DNA from: Sedimentisphaerales bacterium
GTDB taxonomy: Bacteria > Planctomycetota > Phycisphaerae > Sedimentisphaerales > SM23-30
Direction of reading: 5' to 3'
Length of the DNA stretch: 64,000 nt
Assembly: GCA_963663805.2 (NCBI GenBank)
Contig: CAXXMR010000012.1
Location: 448,001-512,000 of the forward strand
In this document: in pieces, positions 28,506 through 39,717 of the stretch
How positions within the stretch are numbered: the first letter of the stretch is position 1
Layout of the letters: every line of letters begins with the position of its first letter
Notes under the pieces: model-generated
Seen by the model: the letters and a program-made list of their open reading frames with translations, nothing else
The model's database searches: none
What the model was told of the DNA's origin: nothing
Made by a program: the position numbers and the translations under genes

Positions 28506-29747
28506 ATGTCCATGCCCTCGAAAAAACGCCTTCGGGCCGCCTACCGACGCAGCCCGGCGGCTATTTACCTGGCTTCCATGCTGGGAGCCGGGGGCGTGCT
28601 GGTCAGCGGGGTGGCCCTGCCCTACATAGTCAAAAGACTGGGCGGAAATGATGCCCAGATCGGCTTGGCGGTCAGTATTGTTATGTTGGCGTATGTGCCC
28701 GGGTGTCTGATCGTCGCGCCGCACCTGGACCGCTTTAATGCCAAGTCCGTCGCACTTTTAGGTTTAAGTTTCGTTACTATCAGCCAGGGGTTACTTTGTC
28801 TTTTTATATCGCCGGCGGTATACCAACATTTTCCGATTCATCCTGCCTGGCTGGTCAGTATCCCTCTGGCTTTGCAGGGCCTTTCGCTTGCCGGGGTCTG
28901 GCCCGTTATTGTCGGCTGGCTCAGTTATAACTCCGAAGGACGCAAGCTCAACCGGCGTTTGGGAGTGTTCAACGTAGCCTGGTGTCTGGGTAATATCATC
29001 GGCGCCGCTCTGGGTGGTTACTTTGTGGAAATTAACTCCTGCGTCCCTCTGCTTACGAGCCTGGCAATGATGATAGTTTCGGTTCTCTGCATCGCTTGCG
29101 CCCAAAGGCCGGAAAAGCCCAATCATCATCCCGACCACATCTATCCATCTGTGCTTACAGCCGAGCCTCACCCAATGCTGGGACATTTTCGCTGGGCAGC
29201 GCGTATCGCACTGGGAATTACCTTTATCGGTGTCGGGCTGACACGTTCTCAGTTTGCATTACTGTTGAAATTTGATTTGGGGTATCAGGAAAGTAATTTC
29301 GGTATCGCCATGACCTTGTTCAGTACGGTTTGCCTGATAATTTTCTTTATCGGCGGACGCACTATCGCCTGGCATTATCGTCCGGGTCTGTTTTTTGCCA
29401 GTCAGGTTTGTCAGTTAATCGGCCTGGTCATGCTTATCAGCTGCACAAATATTTATTTGATTTATCTGGCGATTATGCTGGTAGCTGCGAACCAGGGGTT
29501 CATTTATATTTCGCATATGTATTATGGCATCTCCGGCGGCACCCGTCGGGCGGCACTTATGGCTATTCACGAAATACTTCTGGCCGGTGGATTCGCGTTG
29601 GGCTCACTGGGCGGCGGTTATCTCAGCCAACTTTACCATAATCGCTATCTGCCCTTTCAGGTCAGTATCGTTCTGGTCATGCTGGCCGGTATCGCACAAA
29701 TAATTATCTGGAAGAAAATGAATCAGACCGCCTGTCCCGCCGCATAA
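28506..29747 (+). CDS. MFS transporter
   Basis: About 12 hydrophobic helices in a 6+6 arrangement; 'LDRFNAK' motif-A-like loop. Confidence 0.85.
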   Translation: MSMPSKKRLRAAYRRSPAAIYLASMLGAGGVLVSGVALPYIVKRLGGNDAQIGLAVSIVMLAYVPGCLIVAPHLDRFNAKSVALLGLSFVTISQGLLCLFISPAVYQHFPIHPAWLVSIPLALQGLSLAGVWPVIVGWLSYNSEGRKLNRRLGVFNVAWCLGNIIGAALGGYFVEINSCVPLLTSLAMMIVSVLCIACAQRPEKPNHHPDHIYPSVLTAEPHPMLGHFRWAARIALGITFIGVGLTRSQFALLLKFDLGYQESNFGIAMTLFSTVCLIIFFIGGRTIAWHYRPGLFFASQVCQLIGLVMLISCTNIYLIYLAIMLVAANQGFIYISHMYYGISGGTRRAALMAIHEILLAGGFALGSLGGGYLSQLYHNRYLPFQVSIVLVMLAGIAQIIIWKKMNQTACPAA

Positions 29748-30895
29748 CCGCTGGACCAGGCCCATTGCAGATTATAACCCCCTAGCTGACCCGTAACATC
29801 AACCACTTCGCCAATAAAAAATAATCCCGGAACTTTTTTAGCTTCCATGGTCTTGGAAGATAATTCCGCGGTGCTTACCCCCCCTACCGTAACCTCGGCT
29901 TTGTCATAGCCCGCCTTGCCAGCTGGCACAAAACACCATTGGTTGATACTTTCAGCGGCTTCCTGAAGTTCACCTGTAGAACATTCCGCCAACGGTTTAT
30001 CACTAAAATATCGCTCGGACCAGATTTTCAACATTCGCGAGGGCAGCTTGCCGGTCAGAATGTTTTTAATTGAAGATGAGCCCTTGCCTGCTTTTTGCTC
30101 CCACAAAAAATTAAGTACATCCAGACCCGGCAGCCAGTCTATCAGGATTTCACCTTTGCCTTGCCAGTAGTTTGATATTTGCAGAATCGCCGGACCGCTT
30201 AAACCATTGTGGGTAAAAAGAATGTTTTCCCGAAACCATTGTTTGTCGAACTCTACCGCCCCCTCAAACGCGTTGCCGCTAAGTTCACTCAGAGAGGATT
30301 TATCGACCCGGCTGTACAAAAGAGGCACCAGACCCGGTCGGCATTTTGTCACCTTCAGACCAAACCGCCCCGCCAGCTTATATCCAAAATCACTAGCACC
30401 AGACTGCGGATAACTCAGCCCACCTGTCGCAATAACCAGCGAATCAGCATTAAGCGTCCCCCATTTTCCAGCTAATTCAAAACCTGTATCTGTGCTGACA
30501 CTATCTATGTTACGGTCCAGCTCAAACCTTACCCCAACAGCCCGACATTGTTCCCGCAGGGCATCGCGCAGCCGGGCTGCCGAGTGCTTGCAGAATAAAC
30601 GACCATGCTCACGCTCCTCGTAAGTAATACCCAACTCTTCCACAAAAGCCAGGAAATCGTGATGGTCAAAACCTGCCAGAGCGGACTTGCAAAAATGTGG
30701 ATTTTCCGAAATAAAATTCTCCGCCCCGCATTGACGATTGGTAAAATTGCATTTACCGCCCCCGGCAAGCAGAATCTTCGTGCCCAGCCGCCGACTATGT
30801 TCCAGCACCAACACCTGCCGACCGCGTCGCCCGGCCCAAAGAGCACAGAACAAACCTGCCGCCCCCCCACCAATAATTGCCACGTCTATCCGCAC
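29723..30895 (-). CDS. HI0933/BaiN-family flavoprotein
   Basis: IIGGGAAG, KILLAGGGKCNFTN, ATGGLSYP, LFTHNGLSGP, EVTVGGV, GGYNLQWAWSSG. Confidence 0.95.
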   Translation of the reverse strand: MRIDVAIIGGGAAGLFCALWAGRRGRQVLVLEHSRRLGTKILLAGGGKCNFTNRQCGAENFISENPHFCKSALAGFDHHDFLAFVEELGITYEEREHGRLFCKHSAARLRDALREQCRAVGVRFELDRNIDSVSTDTGFELAGKWGTLNADSLVIATGGLSYPQSGASDFGYKLAGRFGLKVTKCRPGLVPLLYSRVDKSSLSELSGNAFEGAVEFDKQWFRENILFTHNGLSGPAILQISNYWQGKGEILIDWLPGLDVLNFLWEQKAGKGSSSIKNILTGKLPSRMLKIWSERYFSDKPLAECSTGELQEAAESINQWCFVPAGKAGYDKAEVTVGGVSTAELSSKTMEAKKVPGLFFIGEVVDVTGQLGGYNLQWAWSSGYAAGQAV

Positions 30896-30993
30896 TTGCC
30901 CTGCCTGTATAACTCACAAAATTATGGGCCGGCGACATTAAACATGCTCACCGACCCAAATAGTCTATATGAAATTTTTGTTTTCAAACAAAA

Positions 30994-32583
30994 CTAACTG
31001 AGATTCATCGTCATCAGGAACTCAGCGTTGGTCTTGACCTTCTGCAAACGGTTCTTGAGCAGCTCCAGACTTTCGACTGGGTTCATATCACTCAGCACGC
31101 GCCGCAGACGATAAACCAGCTCCAGCTCTTTCGGGTCGAGCAGCAATTCTTCGCGACGCGTTCCGCTGCGGCTGATGTCGATGGCAGGCCAGGTACGACG
31201 CTCAACCAGACGACGGTCCAGATGCAGCTCCATATTACCTGTGCCTTTGAACTCTTCGAAAATAACTTCGTCCATTTTCGAACCGGTTTCGATTAGCGCC
31301 GTAGCTAGAATCGTCAGCGACCCGCCATTCTCGATATTACGGGCGGCACCAAAAAATTTCTTGGGCTTCTGCAACGCGTTAGCATCAACACCACCGGTCA
31401 GAATCTTGCCGGAGTGCGGCACTTCGGTATTATAGGCACGGGCCAGACGGGTAATCGAATCCAGCAGAATAACCACGTCCACGCCGTACTCCACCATCCG
31501 CTTGGCCTTTTCGATAACCATCTCGGCTACCTGTACGTGACGACTGGCCGGTTCATCAAAGGTGGAGCTGACAACTTCCACATCCTCGGCAGTGGCCCGG
31601 GCCATCTCGGTTACTTCCTCAGGACGCTCGTCAATCAGCAGAATGATCATCTTCACATGAGGATGATTGGTGCTGATGGCATTAGCAATTTTTTGCAGCA
31701 GAATCGTCTTACCGGTACGCGGCGGAGCGACAATCAAACCACGCTGGCCTTTACCAACCGGAGTGGCGATGTCAACAATACGCATACTGATTTCTTCGGG
31801 GACAGTCTCCAGGAAAAACCGCTCATCCGGATGCAGCGGCGTGAGGTCTTCAAAGACAACCTTCTCGGTCAGAGATTCGGGGTCTTCAAAATTCACCGCC
31901 TCGACCCGCAGCAGAGCGAAATATTTTTCCGATTCCTTGGGCGGGCGAATCTGGCCGGCAACTATATTGCCGTTACGCAGCCCAAACCGACGAACCTGGG
32001 ACGGGGAAACGTAAATATCGTCCGGGCAGGGAGTATAATTATAGTCCGGTGAACGCAGGAACCCAAAGCCGTCCGGCAGCAGTTCCAGCACACCCTCGCC
32101 ATACATCATGCCGTTCTGCATGATGCGTTCTTTGAGAATCTTGAAGATCAAATCCTGCTTCTTCAAGCCGGTATATTCGGTCAAACCCTCTCTTTTGGCC
32201 AGGTCGTGGAGATCCTCAACCGACTTTTTCTGCAAATCACGGATGTGAAGCTCGCTTTTTTCGGCTTCGGCCACCAGAAAACGCTCTTCCTCCTCCAGGG
32301 TGGGCAATTGAATCTTCATCCTGGGCTTCTGAACTTCTTTTTCCTCATTTTTCTTATCCTGGTCCTTTTTTTCTTCGGACTTTTGATTATCAGACGAAGA
32401 ATCGACCTCGACGGACTTTTTCTTTTTCTTGCGTTTAGCTTTTTTCTTGGCTTTCACAGCTTCGTTATGCTGTTCTTCATCGACCCCATTGTCATCAGCA
32501 GAATCGAACAGGTCTGCTTCCTGCTGCTCTTGACCATCTGCAGACTGGGCGTTTTTCCGGGTGGTTTTTTTGGCTCGTGCCAT
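30994..32583 (-). CDS. rho: Transcription termination factor Rho (charged N-terminal extension)
   Basis: [62 protein letters not shown]. Confidence 0.99.
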   Translation of the reverse strand: MARAKKTTRKNAQSADGQEQQEADLFDSADDNGVDEEQHNEAVKAKKKAKRKKKKKSVEVDSSSDNQKSEEKKDQDKKNEEKEVQKPRMKIQLPTLEEEERFLVAEAEKSELHIRDLQKKSVEDLHDLAKREGLTEYTGLKKQDLIFKILKERIMQNGMMYGEGVLELLPDGFGFLRSPDYNYTPCPDDIYVSPSQVRRFGLRNGNIVAGQIRPPKESEKYFALLRVEAVNFEDPESLTEKVVFEDLTPLHPDERFFLETVPEEISMRIVDIATPVGKGQRGLIVAPPRTGKTILLQKIANAISTNHPHVKMIILLIDERPEEVTEMARATAEDVEVVSSTFDEPASRHVQVAEMVIEKAKRMVEYGVDVVILLDSITRLARAYNTEVPHSGKILTGGVDANALQKPKKFFGAARNIENGGSLTILATALIETGSKMDEVIFEEFKGTGNMELHLDRRLVERRTWPAIDISRSGTRREELLLDPKELELVYRLRRVLSDMNPVESLELLKNRLQKVKTNAEFLMTMNLS

Positions 32584-32859
32584 TACATAAACTCCTATAT
32601 TGTTTTTCCTAAACTTCTTCTCTAAAATAACTTATATCACAATAACCAAAGCTCGATTTTCAGATTTCGCCGACCCATAAGCCGGACCCCTGATAACCAA
32701 ACTTATTCAACGCATAAAATTTTTCAGGATGTTTGCTCCGGTAATACCGTTTGCGAAACCCCACGACTCGGCCTTCGTGGCATGACCCCACCCACAGCAC
32801 TAATACGACCTTATGGCCGGCCCAAACCCAGAAATCAAGCCTAAATTTCCCTGCTGAAT

Positions 32860-33492
32860 TTATTTAATCTTGATTATCAATGCCAGAATACTGGCGACCT
32901 GTTTTACCAAGCCGGGGATAGTTGAGTTGTTGTACACAATATAATCTGACATTTTTGCCTTTTTGTCCAGTGAAAATTGTGATTTTTCTCTTTTTTTTGC
33001 ATTTTCTTTACGCCAGCCGCGTCGCTGCGCCAGCCTTTGATAGCGAATTTCGTCGTCTGTATGCACCCAAACGACCTTATCACATAGATTTTCCTGGCCC
33101 GATTCGAACAGCAGCGGCACATCAAGAATTATGGCACAAAATTTCTCGTCCCCTTGATAACGCCCGATAAGCTCAAGCTCTTTTTGCCGCACTAGAGGAT
33201 GGACCAGGTCAGTAAGGCGTTTCAGTTGGGCAGCATCATTAAATACAATCCCAGCTACCACGCCCCGGTCAACCCTACCATTATCTTTTATAACTTCTTT
33301 ACCCCACCAGCGTTGTAAACTTTCTCGTACAGGTCTGCTGTCCAGTTGCTCATGATTAATCGCGTCTGCGTCAATTATCGCACAACCCTGACGGGCAAAC
33401 TCGGCGGCAACTGTGGTTTTGCCGGACCCAACCCCTCCGGTTAGTCCTATAACCGGCCTGCGATTTTCTGTCTTACAATCACTTTTTCCCAT
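32860..33492 (-). CDS. coaE: Dephospho-CoA kinase
   Basis: IGLTGGVGSGKTTVA, IIDAD, VHPLV, DVPLLFE. Confidence 0.96.
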   Translation of the reverse strand: MGKSDCKTENRRPVIGLTGGVGSGKTTVAAEFARQGCAIIDADAINHEQLDSRPVRESLQRWWGKEVIKDNGRVDRGVVAGIVFNDAAQLKRLTDLVHPLVRQKELELIGRYQGDEKFCAIILDVPLLFESGQENLCDKVVWVHTDDEIRYQRLAQRRGWRKENAKKREKSQFSLDKKAKMSDYIVYNNSTIPGLVKQVASILALIIKIK

Positions 33493-33513
33493 AATCTGTT
33501 GCTAAATATACAT

Positions 33514-34431
33514 TTAAGGATTTTTATCCTGTGAATCCACCTGAAAACTTGCCACTACCCTTTTGAGCGGGCAAAAGCGTACGCGTTCGACCAGGGCCAC
33601 AAGTTTAACATTGGTCCTGCCCAGATTATAATTCTGGGCCCAGCGGCCCGGCCGAGGCACTTCAAGTCGCGAGCCAGCCGGGTCAAATTCCCAGGTCTCA
33701 AAATTCAGCAGCGCCGCCCGCCCCTGGCGATTCTGATGGTTAATCAACATTCTTACCACTGCGGCAGGGGTAAACCGCAGATAGGGACTGCCCCCCACCG
33801 GCAGACGCTGACCTGCCAGCATCGCCGTCAAAGGCGGCAGCTCCACCAGCGAAGCACCTTCCAGACCTTTCAGCTCGTGCATGTGCCGCGGGGCATCCGG
33901 AATCCCAAAATACTCATGCCGAATCGGAAAAATGCTCGAATCATATTCAAAACCCAATCGAGCGATTATATCCAAAGCCCAGAGGGTTTCCCGTATAATG
34001 GTAAAGTGCGGCGCCCGAAATCCTACTATCTGTTGGCTGGTCAAATCCTCCAGCATGATTTTACTTTGACGCAGCTGCTTCTGGAAATCTTCGGCTGATT
34101 GCCGAATCATCGGCGTATCATCCATACCCGCAGAAGCGATTTCATGGCCTGCCTCAGCAATACGTTTTATCAGCTCCGGGTAACGCCGGGCATTTTGACC
34201 GGAAACAAAAAAAGTCGCTAAGATATGATAACTGGCCAAAAGCGACAGTACATTTTCCGCAGCAATAACCGTTCTGTCGGAAAGTTTCTCACGCTCCTGA
34301 CCGCGCAGATGAACAACCGCGGTACGGCTATCTCTATAGTCGCGCAGCTCAAACCCCAGGGCGTTGTCCACCAGTCCAGCCATTTTCTCGTTATCTTCTC
34401 CAGCGGCTTGTTCAGTCTTCAGTGATACCAA
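33514..34431 (-). CDS. DUF3473/PEP-CTERM-locus-type polysaccharide deacetylase homologue, catalytically degenerate
   Basis: ATFFV, GHEIAS, GFRAPHF, GFEYDSSIFP, LPVGG..YLR, WEFDP retained; metal and catalytic residues substituted. Start codon uncertain. Confidence 0.82.
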   Translation of the reverse strand: MVSLKTEQAAGEDNEKMAGLVDNALGFELRDYRDSRTAVVHLRGQEREKLSDRTVIAAENVLSLLASYHILATFFVSGQNARRYPELIKRIAEAGHEIASAGMDDTPMIRQSAEDFQKQLRQSKIMLEDLTSQQIVGFRAPHFTIIRETLWALDIIARLGFEYDSSIFPIRHEYFGIPDAPRHMHELKGLEGASLVELPPLTAMLAGQRLPVGGSPYLRFTPAAVVRMLINHQNRQGRAALLNFETWEFDPAGSRLEVPRPGRWAQNYNLGRTNVKLVALVERVRFCPLKRVVASFQVDSQDKNP

Positions 34432-34446
34432 CTGCCTGAAGGCGCG

Positions 34447-35976
34447 TTAGCCTTCCAGCTTTACTTCCCGGTCCCGCTCGTCGTAACCCAGGAAGGTAAT
34501 CTCATCATTGGAAAAATTATGGTTGCTGTTAATAATGATTTTCTTTTGGTGGTTCTTTTCCATTTCCGCCAGCTGAGCACGTTTTCGGTTATGCAGAAAA
34601 GCCGCGACTTCGGGCGAAACATCCAGATGCAAAGCCATAATATTTTTATTGCCAATCACCATCTGAATCCGGCGCATAACCTCTATCGACATACTTTCAG
34701 GAGTCTTGACGACCCCACCGCCTTTGCAGTGCGGACAATCCATATAAGTACTGCTTTTCAGTGAAGGCCTCATCCGCTGCCGGGTCATCTCGATAATTCC
34801 GAACTGACTGGTACGCAAAATTTTCGTCCGGGCCCGATCGGTACTCACCGCATCACGCAAAGTTTTTTCGACCGCCCGACGATGCTTCTCCTGCATCATA
34901 TCAATAAAGTCCATGATAATCACCCCGCCCAAATCACGCAGACGCAATTGCCGGGCAATCTCGCTGGCGGCTTCCTTATTGATTTTGAACGAGGTCGTCT
35001 CGGCGTCTTCATGTTGACGATATTTGCCGCTGTTGACATCAATTGCTACGACCGCTTCGGTAGAATCAATCACTATCGACCCGCCGCTTTTTAGAGGGAC
35101 ATGCCGACTGTTTATACGCTTGAGCTCATCTTCGACACTGTACTTGGCGAACAAGGGGGTGCTTTCATTATAAAAACTCACTCGGCTGCGAGTACGCGGC
35201 ATCGCTATGTGGAGAAAGTCCTTGATTTTTTTCTGAACTTTGTCCGAGTCGCAGACAATTTTGGTTATCTTGGTGTTGTAAACGTCACGAATCGTACGAA
35301 TAACCAAATCAGATTCCTGGTATAGCTCAGTCGGAGCCGGCTCGGATTCGATACGATCGGTAACCGTCTTCCACAAACGCAGCAGGTAATTCAAATCACG
35401 CTGCAAATCTCGCTTGGTGCGGTCTATGCCAGCGGTTCGCACGATAAATCCCATGTCCTTGGGCGGGTCAAGTTCGTCGAGAACTTTGCGAATTTTAGTT
35501 CGCGCTTCTTCGTCCTCAATCTTGCGCGAAACGCCCAGACGATTCATGCCCGGCATCAAAACCAGAAACCGTCCCGGAATTGCCAGATAGGTCGAAAGCG
35601 TCGGACCTTTCGTGCCAATGCCTTCCTTGATAACCTGGACAATAACTTCCTGTCCCCGTTTCAGACATTCCTGAATTGGGGGGCGGCTGCGGCGAGGACG
35701 TTTACGCCCGACCCGCTCTTTGACATTTTTGCTATCGGGAAAATAGGACGGCTGCAAATCGCTGATATGCAAAAAACCGTTTTTGCCGATTCCAAAATCG
35801 ACAAAGCAAGCCTGAATACTCGGCTCGACATTGGTTACCTTGCCCTTGTAAATATTTCCGACATGACTTTCGGTGGTCGCCCGCTCAACATATAACTCAT
35901 CCAGACGGCCGTTTTCCACCACGGCAATGCGGCACTCTTCCTCCTGTGCCACATTAATTAACATTTCTCTACTCAA
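34447..35976 (-). CDS. rng: Rne/Rng family ribonuclease
   Basis: GNIYKGKV.NVEPSIQACFVDFG (S1), QVIKEGIGTKGP, AIDVNSG, LRLRDLGGVIIMDFIDM, CPHCKG. Confidence 0.95.
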   Translation of the reverse strand: MSREMLINVAQEEECRIAVVENGRLDELYVERATTESHVGNIYKGKVTNVEPSIQACFVDFGIGKNGFLHISDLQPSYFPDSKNVKERVGRKRPRRSRPPIQECLKRGQEVIVQVIKEGIGTKGPTLSTYLAIPGRFLVLMPGMNRLGVSRKIEDEEARTKIRKVLDELDPPKDMGFIVRTAGIDRTKRDLQRDLNYLLRLWKTVTDRIESEPAPTELYQESDLVIRTIRDVYNTKITKIVCDSDKVQKKIKDFLHIAMPRTRSRVSFYNESTPLFAKYSVEDELKRINSRHVPLKSGGSIVIDSTEAVVAIDVNSGKYRQHEDAETTSFKINKEAASEIARQLRLRDLGGVIIMDFIDMMQEKHRRAVEKTLRDAVSTDRARTKILRTSQFGIIEMTRQRMRPSLKSSTYMDCPHCKGGGVVKTPESMSIEVMRRIQMVIGNKNIMALHLDVSPEVAAFLHNRKRAQLAEMEKNHQKKIIINSNHNFSNDEITFLGYDERDREVKLEG

Positions 35977-36206
35977 AAGGTGTTTCCTTTCTTTGTTCTA
36001 TCAATCCGGCCCCTGCGCGACCGTACGTTTGTTTCATTTTGATATTTCGGACCACCGATTAAACCAGGTTGCTCATATGCTTAAATGGTCCAAACTCATT
36101 ATTTCGTTATCACGTCGCTAAATGACCGACTGTTCCCGCAGGTGAAGCAACGGTCCCCAAAGCAACGCCCGGCCTTTCTTAATCAGATGCCGGCGTCTTT
36201 ATTTTA

Positions 36207-36902
36207 TCAACCCAAACCCGTCGGAAAACCCGCCGCGGTTCGTGTTATGTTTCGTATTTCCTCCGTCGCCGACAGTTCCAGAGCCTCCAGCAACTCACCC
36301 AGACGAGCGGTTCCCTGTTCCTGAATGTCAACACGACAACTAAAGGTGTCCCCGCTTGCCGGACACCTCAGCTTAGTTACACTTTCGCATAAGTCCACCG
36401 TACGCCGTTTATGTCTTTTACGAGATGCCCGGTCAATTATCCATTCCGGGGCAGTGTGAAATCCTTCTATATTTTTGGCGAGTTTTTGTCTGTCAGTCTG
36501 GTCTGTCAATTCAAATGTATATTCCGCCCAAAGCGGCAAGGCGGGAATGTTCGCCGAAACCATCGCAGCTTCAACCGCGCAAATATTCTCCGGCAGAAAA
36601 GTATTCAGCAGTTCCACCAAACCTTCTGTTTCAAGCGACTCGTTTACTTCCACCAATAACAATTCAACTTCGCTGGCCACCCCCACGCTGCGCGGTAAAG
36701 GCAGTGACATTTTTATCCGCGGATTGAAACCCTGTGAATAACGTACCGATAATCCGGAACGTACCAGCACCCGCTGCCATAAACGCATGGTGTCACGATG
36801 CGAAAGGAAACGTTTATCCCCCCTGACCGCAAACTTCACTGCCAGCCTGAATCGCTGTCGAGGCTGCTGTTTGTTATCTGTGTCGCTATTATTCACTGTC
36901 AA
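36207..36902 (-). CDS. TIGR03936/DUF2344 radical-SAM-linked protein
   Basis: [26 protein letters not shown]; typical position upstream of rng. Confidence 0.88.
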   Translation of the reverse strand: MTVNNSDTDNKQQPRQRFRLAVKFAVRGDKRFLSHRDTMRLWQRVLVRSGLSVRYSQGFNPRIKMSLPLPRSVGVASEVELLLVEVNESLETEGLVELLNTFLPENICAVEAAMVSANIPALPLWAEYTFELTDQTDRQKLAKNIEGFHTAPEWIIDRASRKRHKRRTVDLCESVTKLRCPASGDTFSCRVDIQEQGTARLGELLEALELSATEEIRNITRTAAGFPTGLG

Positions 36903-38628
36903 TGTTCATCTCCAGCAGTTCCGAACGTAGATAACTTATAGTCTGTTTTTCCGTGTCGAACGTCAAGGCCTTACGAGCAAACTGACGGCATTGTTCCATC
37001 GAAACCGAACGTACAATTTTCTTGATGACCGGAATTATCGGAGGCGCCAGACTGAATGTCGTAAAACCCAGCCCCATCAGCAGCAAACAATATTCCGCTT
37101 CAGAAGCCATTTCACCGCAAATACTGATGTCTATCTTGGCCCGCTGAGCCGCTCGGGAAATATCACGCAATAATCGTAAAATAGCCGGATGGGCCGGAGT
37201 ATATAAAGCCGCCACACGCTCGTTGACCCGGTCAACCGCCAGGGTATATTGAATCAGGTCATTGGTGCCAATACTGAAAAAATCTACTTCCTCAGCGAGT
37301 TCATCTGCCGTCAAAGCCGCTGCGGGCGTTTCAATCATTATCCCCACCTGAATATTGTCATCAAATTCAATGCCTTCCTCTTCCAGATCTTCCTTAACGT
37401 CAGCGACAATCCACTTAGCCTGCCGCAGTTCGGTAAGATTCGTGATGAGGGGAAACATCATTTTTAGATTGCCATGCACCGAAGCACGCAGTATCGCGCG
37501 GATCTGAGTTTTGAAAAGCGGCAGGTTCTGCAAACAGTAACGAATCGAACGCAAACCCAGAAACGGGTTACGCTCGCGGGTGACCTGCTGATCCTGAGTA
37601 AATTTATCAGCGCCCAGGTCCACGGTTCTTATGGTAATAGGACTATCGCCGAAATGATGTATCGCTTCCAGATAGGCATTAAAATGGTCCTCCTCGGAAG
37701 GCTCATGGACACTGCCCATATACAAAAATTCGGTACGATAAAGCCCGACCCCTTCGCCGCCCTTCTGACGAACAATTTCGGCTTCGTAGGGAAACTCGAT
37801 ATTACCCATAAGTGAAATATGCTCACCATCGGTAGTTTCAGCGGGCAAATCGACCAGTTCGTCAAGTTCGTGGGCACGCTCGACATGCACAGCGGCATAA
37901 CTGGCATATTCTTTTACAGTCTGTTCATCAGGATTAACTATGACCGTCCCACGATTACCATCAACAATTATCGTATCGCCGGCAGCAACACGGGAGGTAA
38001 TGTCCCCCAGAGCTACTACCGCGGGGATACCCATGCTGCGCGCCACAATCGCGGTGTGTGAGGTACGTCCACCGGCGTCAGTGGCCAGTCCCTTGATAAA
38101 ATTCTTGTCAAAGCCAGCTGTCTGGGTCGGGGTAAGATCATGAGCGATAATAATTATCGGCTCTTTGAGATGGTCCAGATCTTCACGGCGTTTGCCGATA
38201 AGATGACGGAGCAGACGACGCTCAATGTCATATATGTCGTTGGCACGCTCGGAGATATATTCATCGTCGGCCTGAGCAAAATGCTGGCTGATGTCACGCA
38301 AGGTCACGCTGACGGCATATTCAGCGGTATAATTACGCTTGGAAATAAGGTCGGCAATCTGCCGGCGGAGGGTACGGTCGCGCAGAAAATGGAGGTGAAC
38401 AGCGAAAATATCCTTAATCTTGCTGTCCCAAAGCTCTCCCTGGGTGACGTGGAGGTTGCTAACCTCGGTGGTCGCGTCCAGGAAAGCCGTCCGCAAACGC
38501 TGAATTTCCGCCCGCGCCTTGGCGCGAGGGACAGTGCGTTCGGGAATCCGAAATTCCTCAGCGTCAATCACTACCGCGGTATAAGTGACTATACCGGGCG
38601 ATACGCCGATTCCTTTGATAATTTCCAT
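36889..38628 (-). CDS. ptsI: PTS Enzyme I
   Basis: GGRTSHTAI (phospho-His), [39 protein letters not shown]. Confidence 0.97.
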   Translation of the reverse strand: MEIIKGIGVSPGIVTYTAVVIDAEEFRIPERTVPRAKARAEIQRLRTAFLDATTEVSNLHVTQGELWDSKIKDIFAVHLHFLRDRTLRRQIADLISKRNYTAEYAVSVTLRDISQHFAQADDEYISERANDIYDIERRLLRHLIGKRREDLDHLKEPIIIIAHDLTPTQTAGFDKNFIKGLATDAGGRTSHTAIVARSMGIPAVVALGDITSRVAAGDTIIVDGNRGTVIVNPDEQTVKEYASYAAVHVERAHELDELVDLPAETTDGEHISLMGNIEFPYEAEIVRQKGGEGVGLYRTEFLYMGSVHEPSEEDHFNAYLEAIHHFGDSPITIRTVDLGADKFTQDQQVTRERNPFLGLRSIRYCLQNLPLFKTQIRAILRASVHGNLKMMFPLITNLTELRQAKWIVADVKEDLEEEGIEFDDNIQVGIMIETPAAALTADELAEEVDFFSIGTNDLIQYTLAVDRVNERVAALYTPAHPAILRLLRDISRAAQRAKIDISICGEMASEAEYCLLLMGLGFTTFSLAPPIIPVIKKIVRSVSMEQCRQFARKALTFDTEKQTISYLRSELLEMNIDSE

Positions 38629-38631
38629 TGT

Positions 38632-38916
38632 TTATTTGGTGTTTTCCGGTATATCTTGCTCAATTAACTGGGCAAGGGCCTCGATCGCTTGTTCGGCATC
38701 TTCTCCTTCAGCTTTGATCGTTAATTCTGTTCCCTGCGTCGCGGCCAACATTGTTACCTGCATTATACTTTTGCCATCTGCGCAGTGGTTGCGGCCTGTC
38801 ACGCTGATACGTGACTGGAAATTGCTGGCTTTATCGACAAAAGCCATAGCCGGCCTCATGTGGAGGCCATCAGCGTTGCGAACAACCACTTTTCTTTCTA
38901 ACTCACAGTTTGGCAA
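38632..38916 (-). CDS. ptsH: HPr phosphocarrier
   Basis: GLHMRPA (His15) and ADGKSIMQV (Ser46); TTG start after SD AGAAAGG. Confidence 0.95.
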   Translation of the reverse strand: MPNCELERKVVVRNADGLHMRPAMAFVDKASNFQSRISVTGRNHCADGKSIMQVTMLAATQGTELTIKAEGEDAEQAIEALAQLIEQDIPENTK

Positions 38917-38965
38917 GTGGTTACCTTTCTAATACTCAAAATTACTCGAAAACTCCGCCCGTCAT

Positions 38966-39448
38966 TTAAAGCCCACTCTGCTGGGTTGATTCGTCAGCTT
39001 CGGCAATCAAATCCATGATAGCCTCAGCAGTGTCTGCCTGGCGGAGGAATTTCCGGAACATATCTTTCTGCAAATGGGAAAACAGGCTTTCCATAGCCTC
39101 AAGGTGTCTATCAGGGTTGTTGGGCGGGCTGAGCAGGAGCATAACTGAGAAAACCGGTGCTTTATCCAGGGATGCAAAGTCGATTCCGGCCTTGCTGCAA
39201 CCGATGGTGCCGACGATATTCTTTACCGCGGCGTGCTTTATGTGCGGTACGGCAATTCCCTTGCCGATTCCGGTGCTGCCCTGATTTTCTCTTTCTACTA
39301 TTTGTTGGGTGATTTCATCGACCTGTTCTTTGGGAATTGCGTTGGCATTGGCGAGACTTTCTACCAACTCCCGAATAACCGCGTCGCGATCGTCCCCGGT
39401 CAGGTTCGGCACAATTGCATCCGCGACCATAAAATCACTCAACTTCAT
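38966..39448 (-). CDS. ptsN: PTS EIIA (Ntr/Fru-type)
   Basis: RENQGSTGIGKGIAVPH, GIDFASLD..PV. Confidence 0.9.
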   Translation of the reverse strand: MKLSDFMVADAIVPNLTGDDRDAVIRELVESLANANAIPKEQVDEITQQIVERENQGSTGIGKGIAVPHIKHAAVKNIVGTIGCSKAGIDFASLDKAPVFSVMLLLSPPNNPDRHLEAMESLFSHLQKDMFRKFLRQADTAEAIMDLIAEADESTQQSGL

Positions 39449-39644
39449 CGATACTCTCCTGCATGGTCCGGCTTTCTTGGCCCAGGCGTAGGGCCCTCCA
39501 AACCGGTCTCAATATAAGCCATTATGTCACGCGGATTTAATTACACCTTGAGTCCGCGTCAAATTAAACGCCGTATTCTAACATTTTCTTTAGAGAAAAG
39601 CCCAACAATTTTTCGTCCGGCAACTTAGTGATTGTCGGGTGATT

Positions 39645-39665
39645 CCCCGTCAGGGCCCGACGGGG
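39645..39665. terminator. GC hairpin downstream of hpf
   Basis: CCCCGTC-N7-GACGGGG; no clear U-tract. Confidence 0.4.
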
Positions 39666-39717
39666 CCTGTGTTGGGCAGGCTGGACAATTTTATCTAAGT
39701 CGTTTTTTTACAGGGTT

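Noticed and set aside
39529..39559. 12-bp hairpin upstream of ptsN as an ncRNA
   Set aside because: A single hairpin whose G-U pairs favour the non-coding strand; insufficient evidence.
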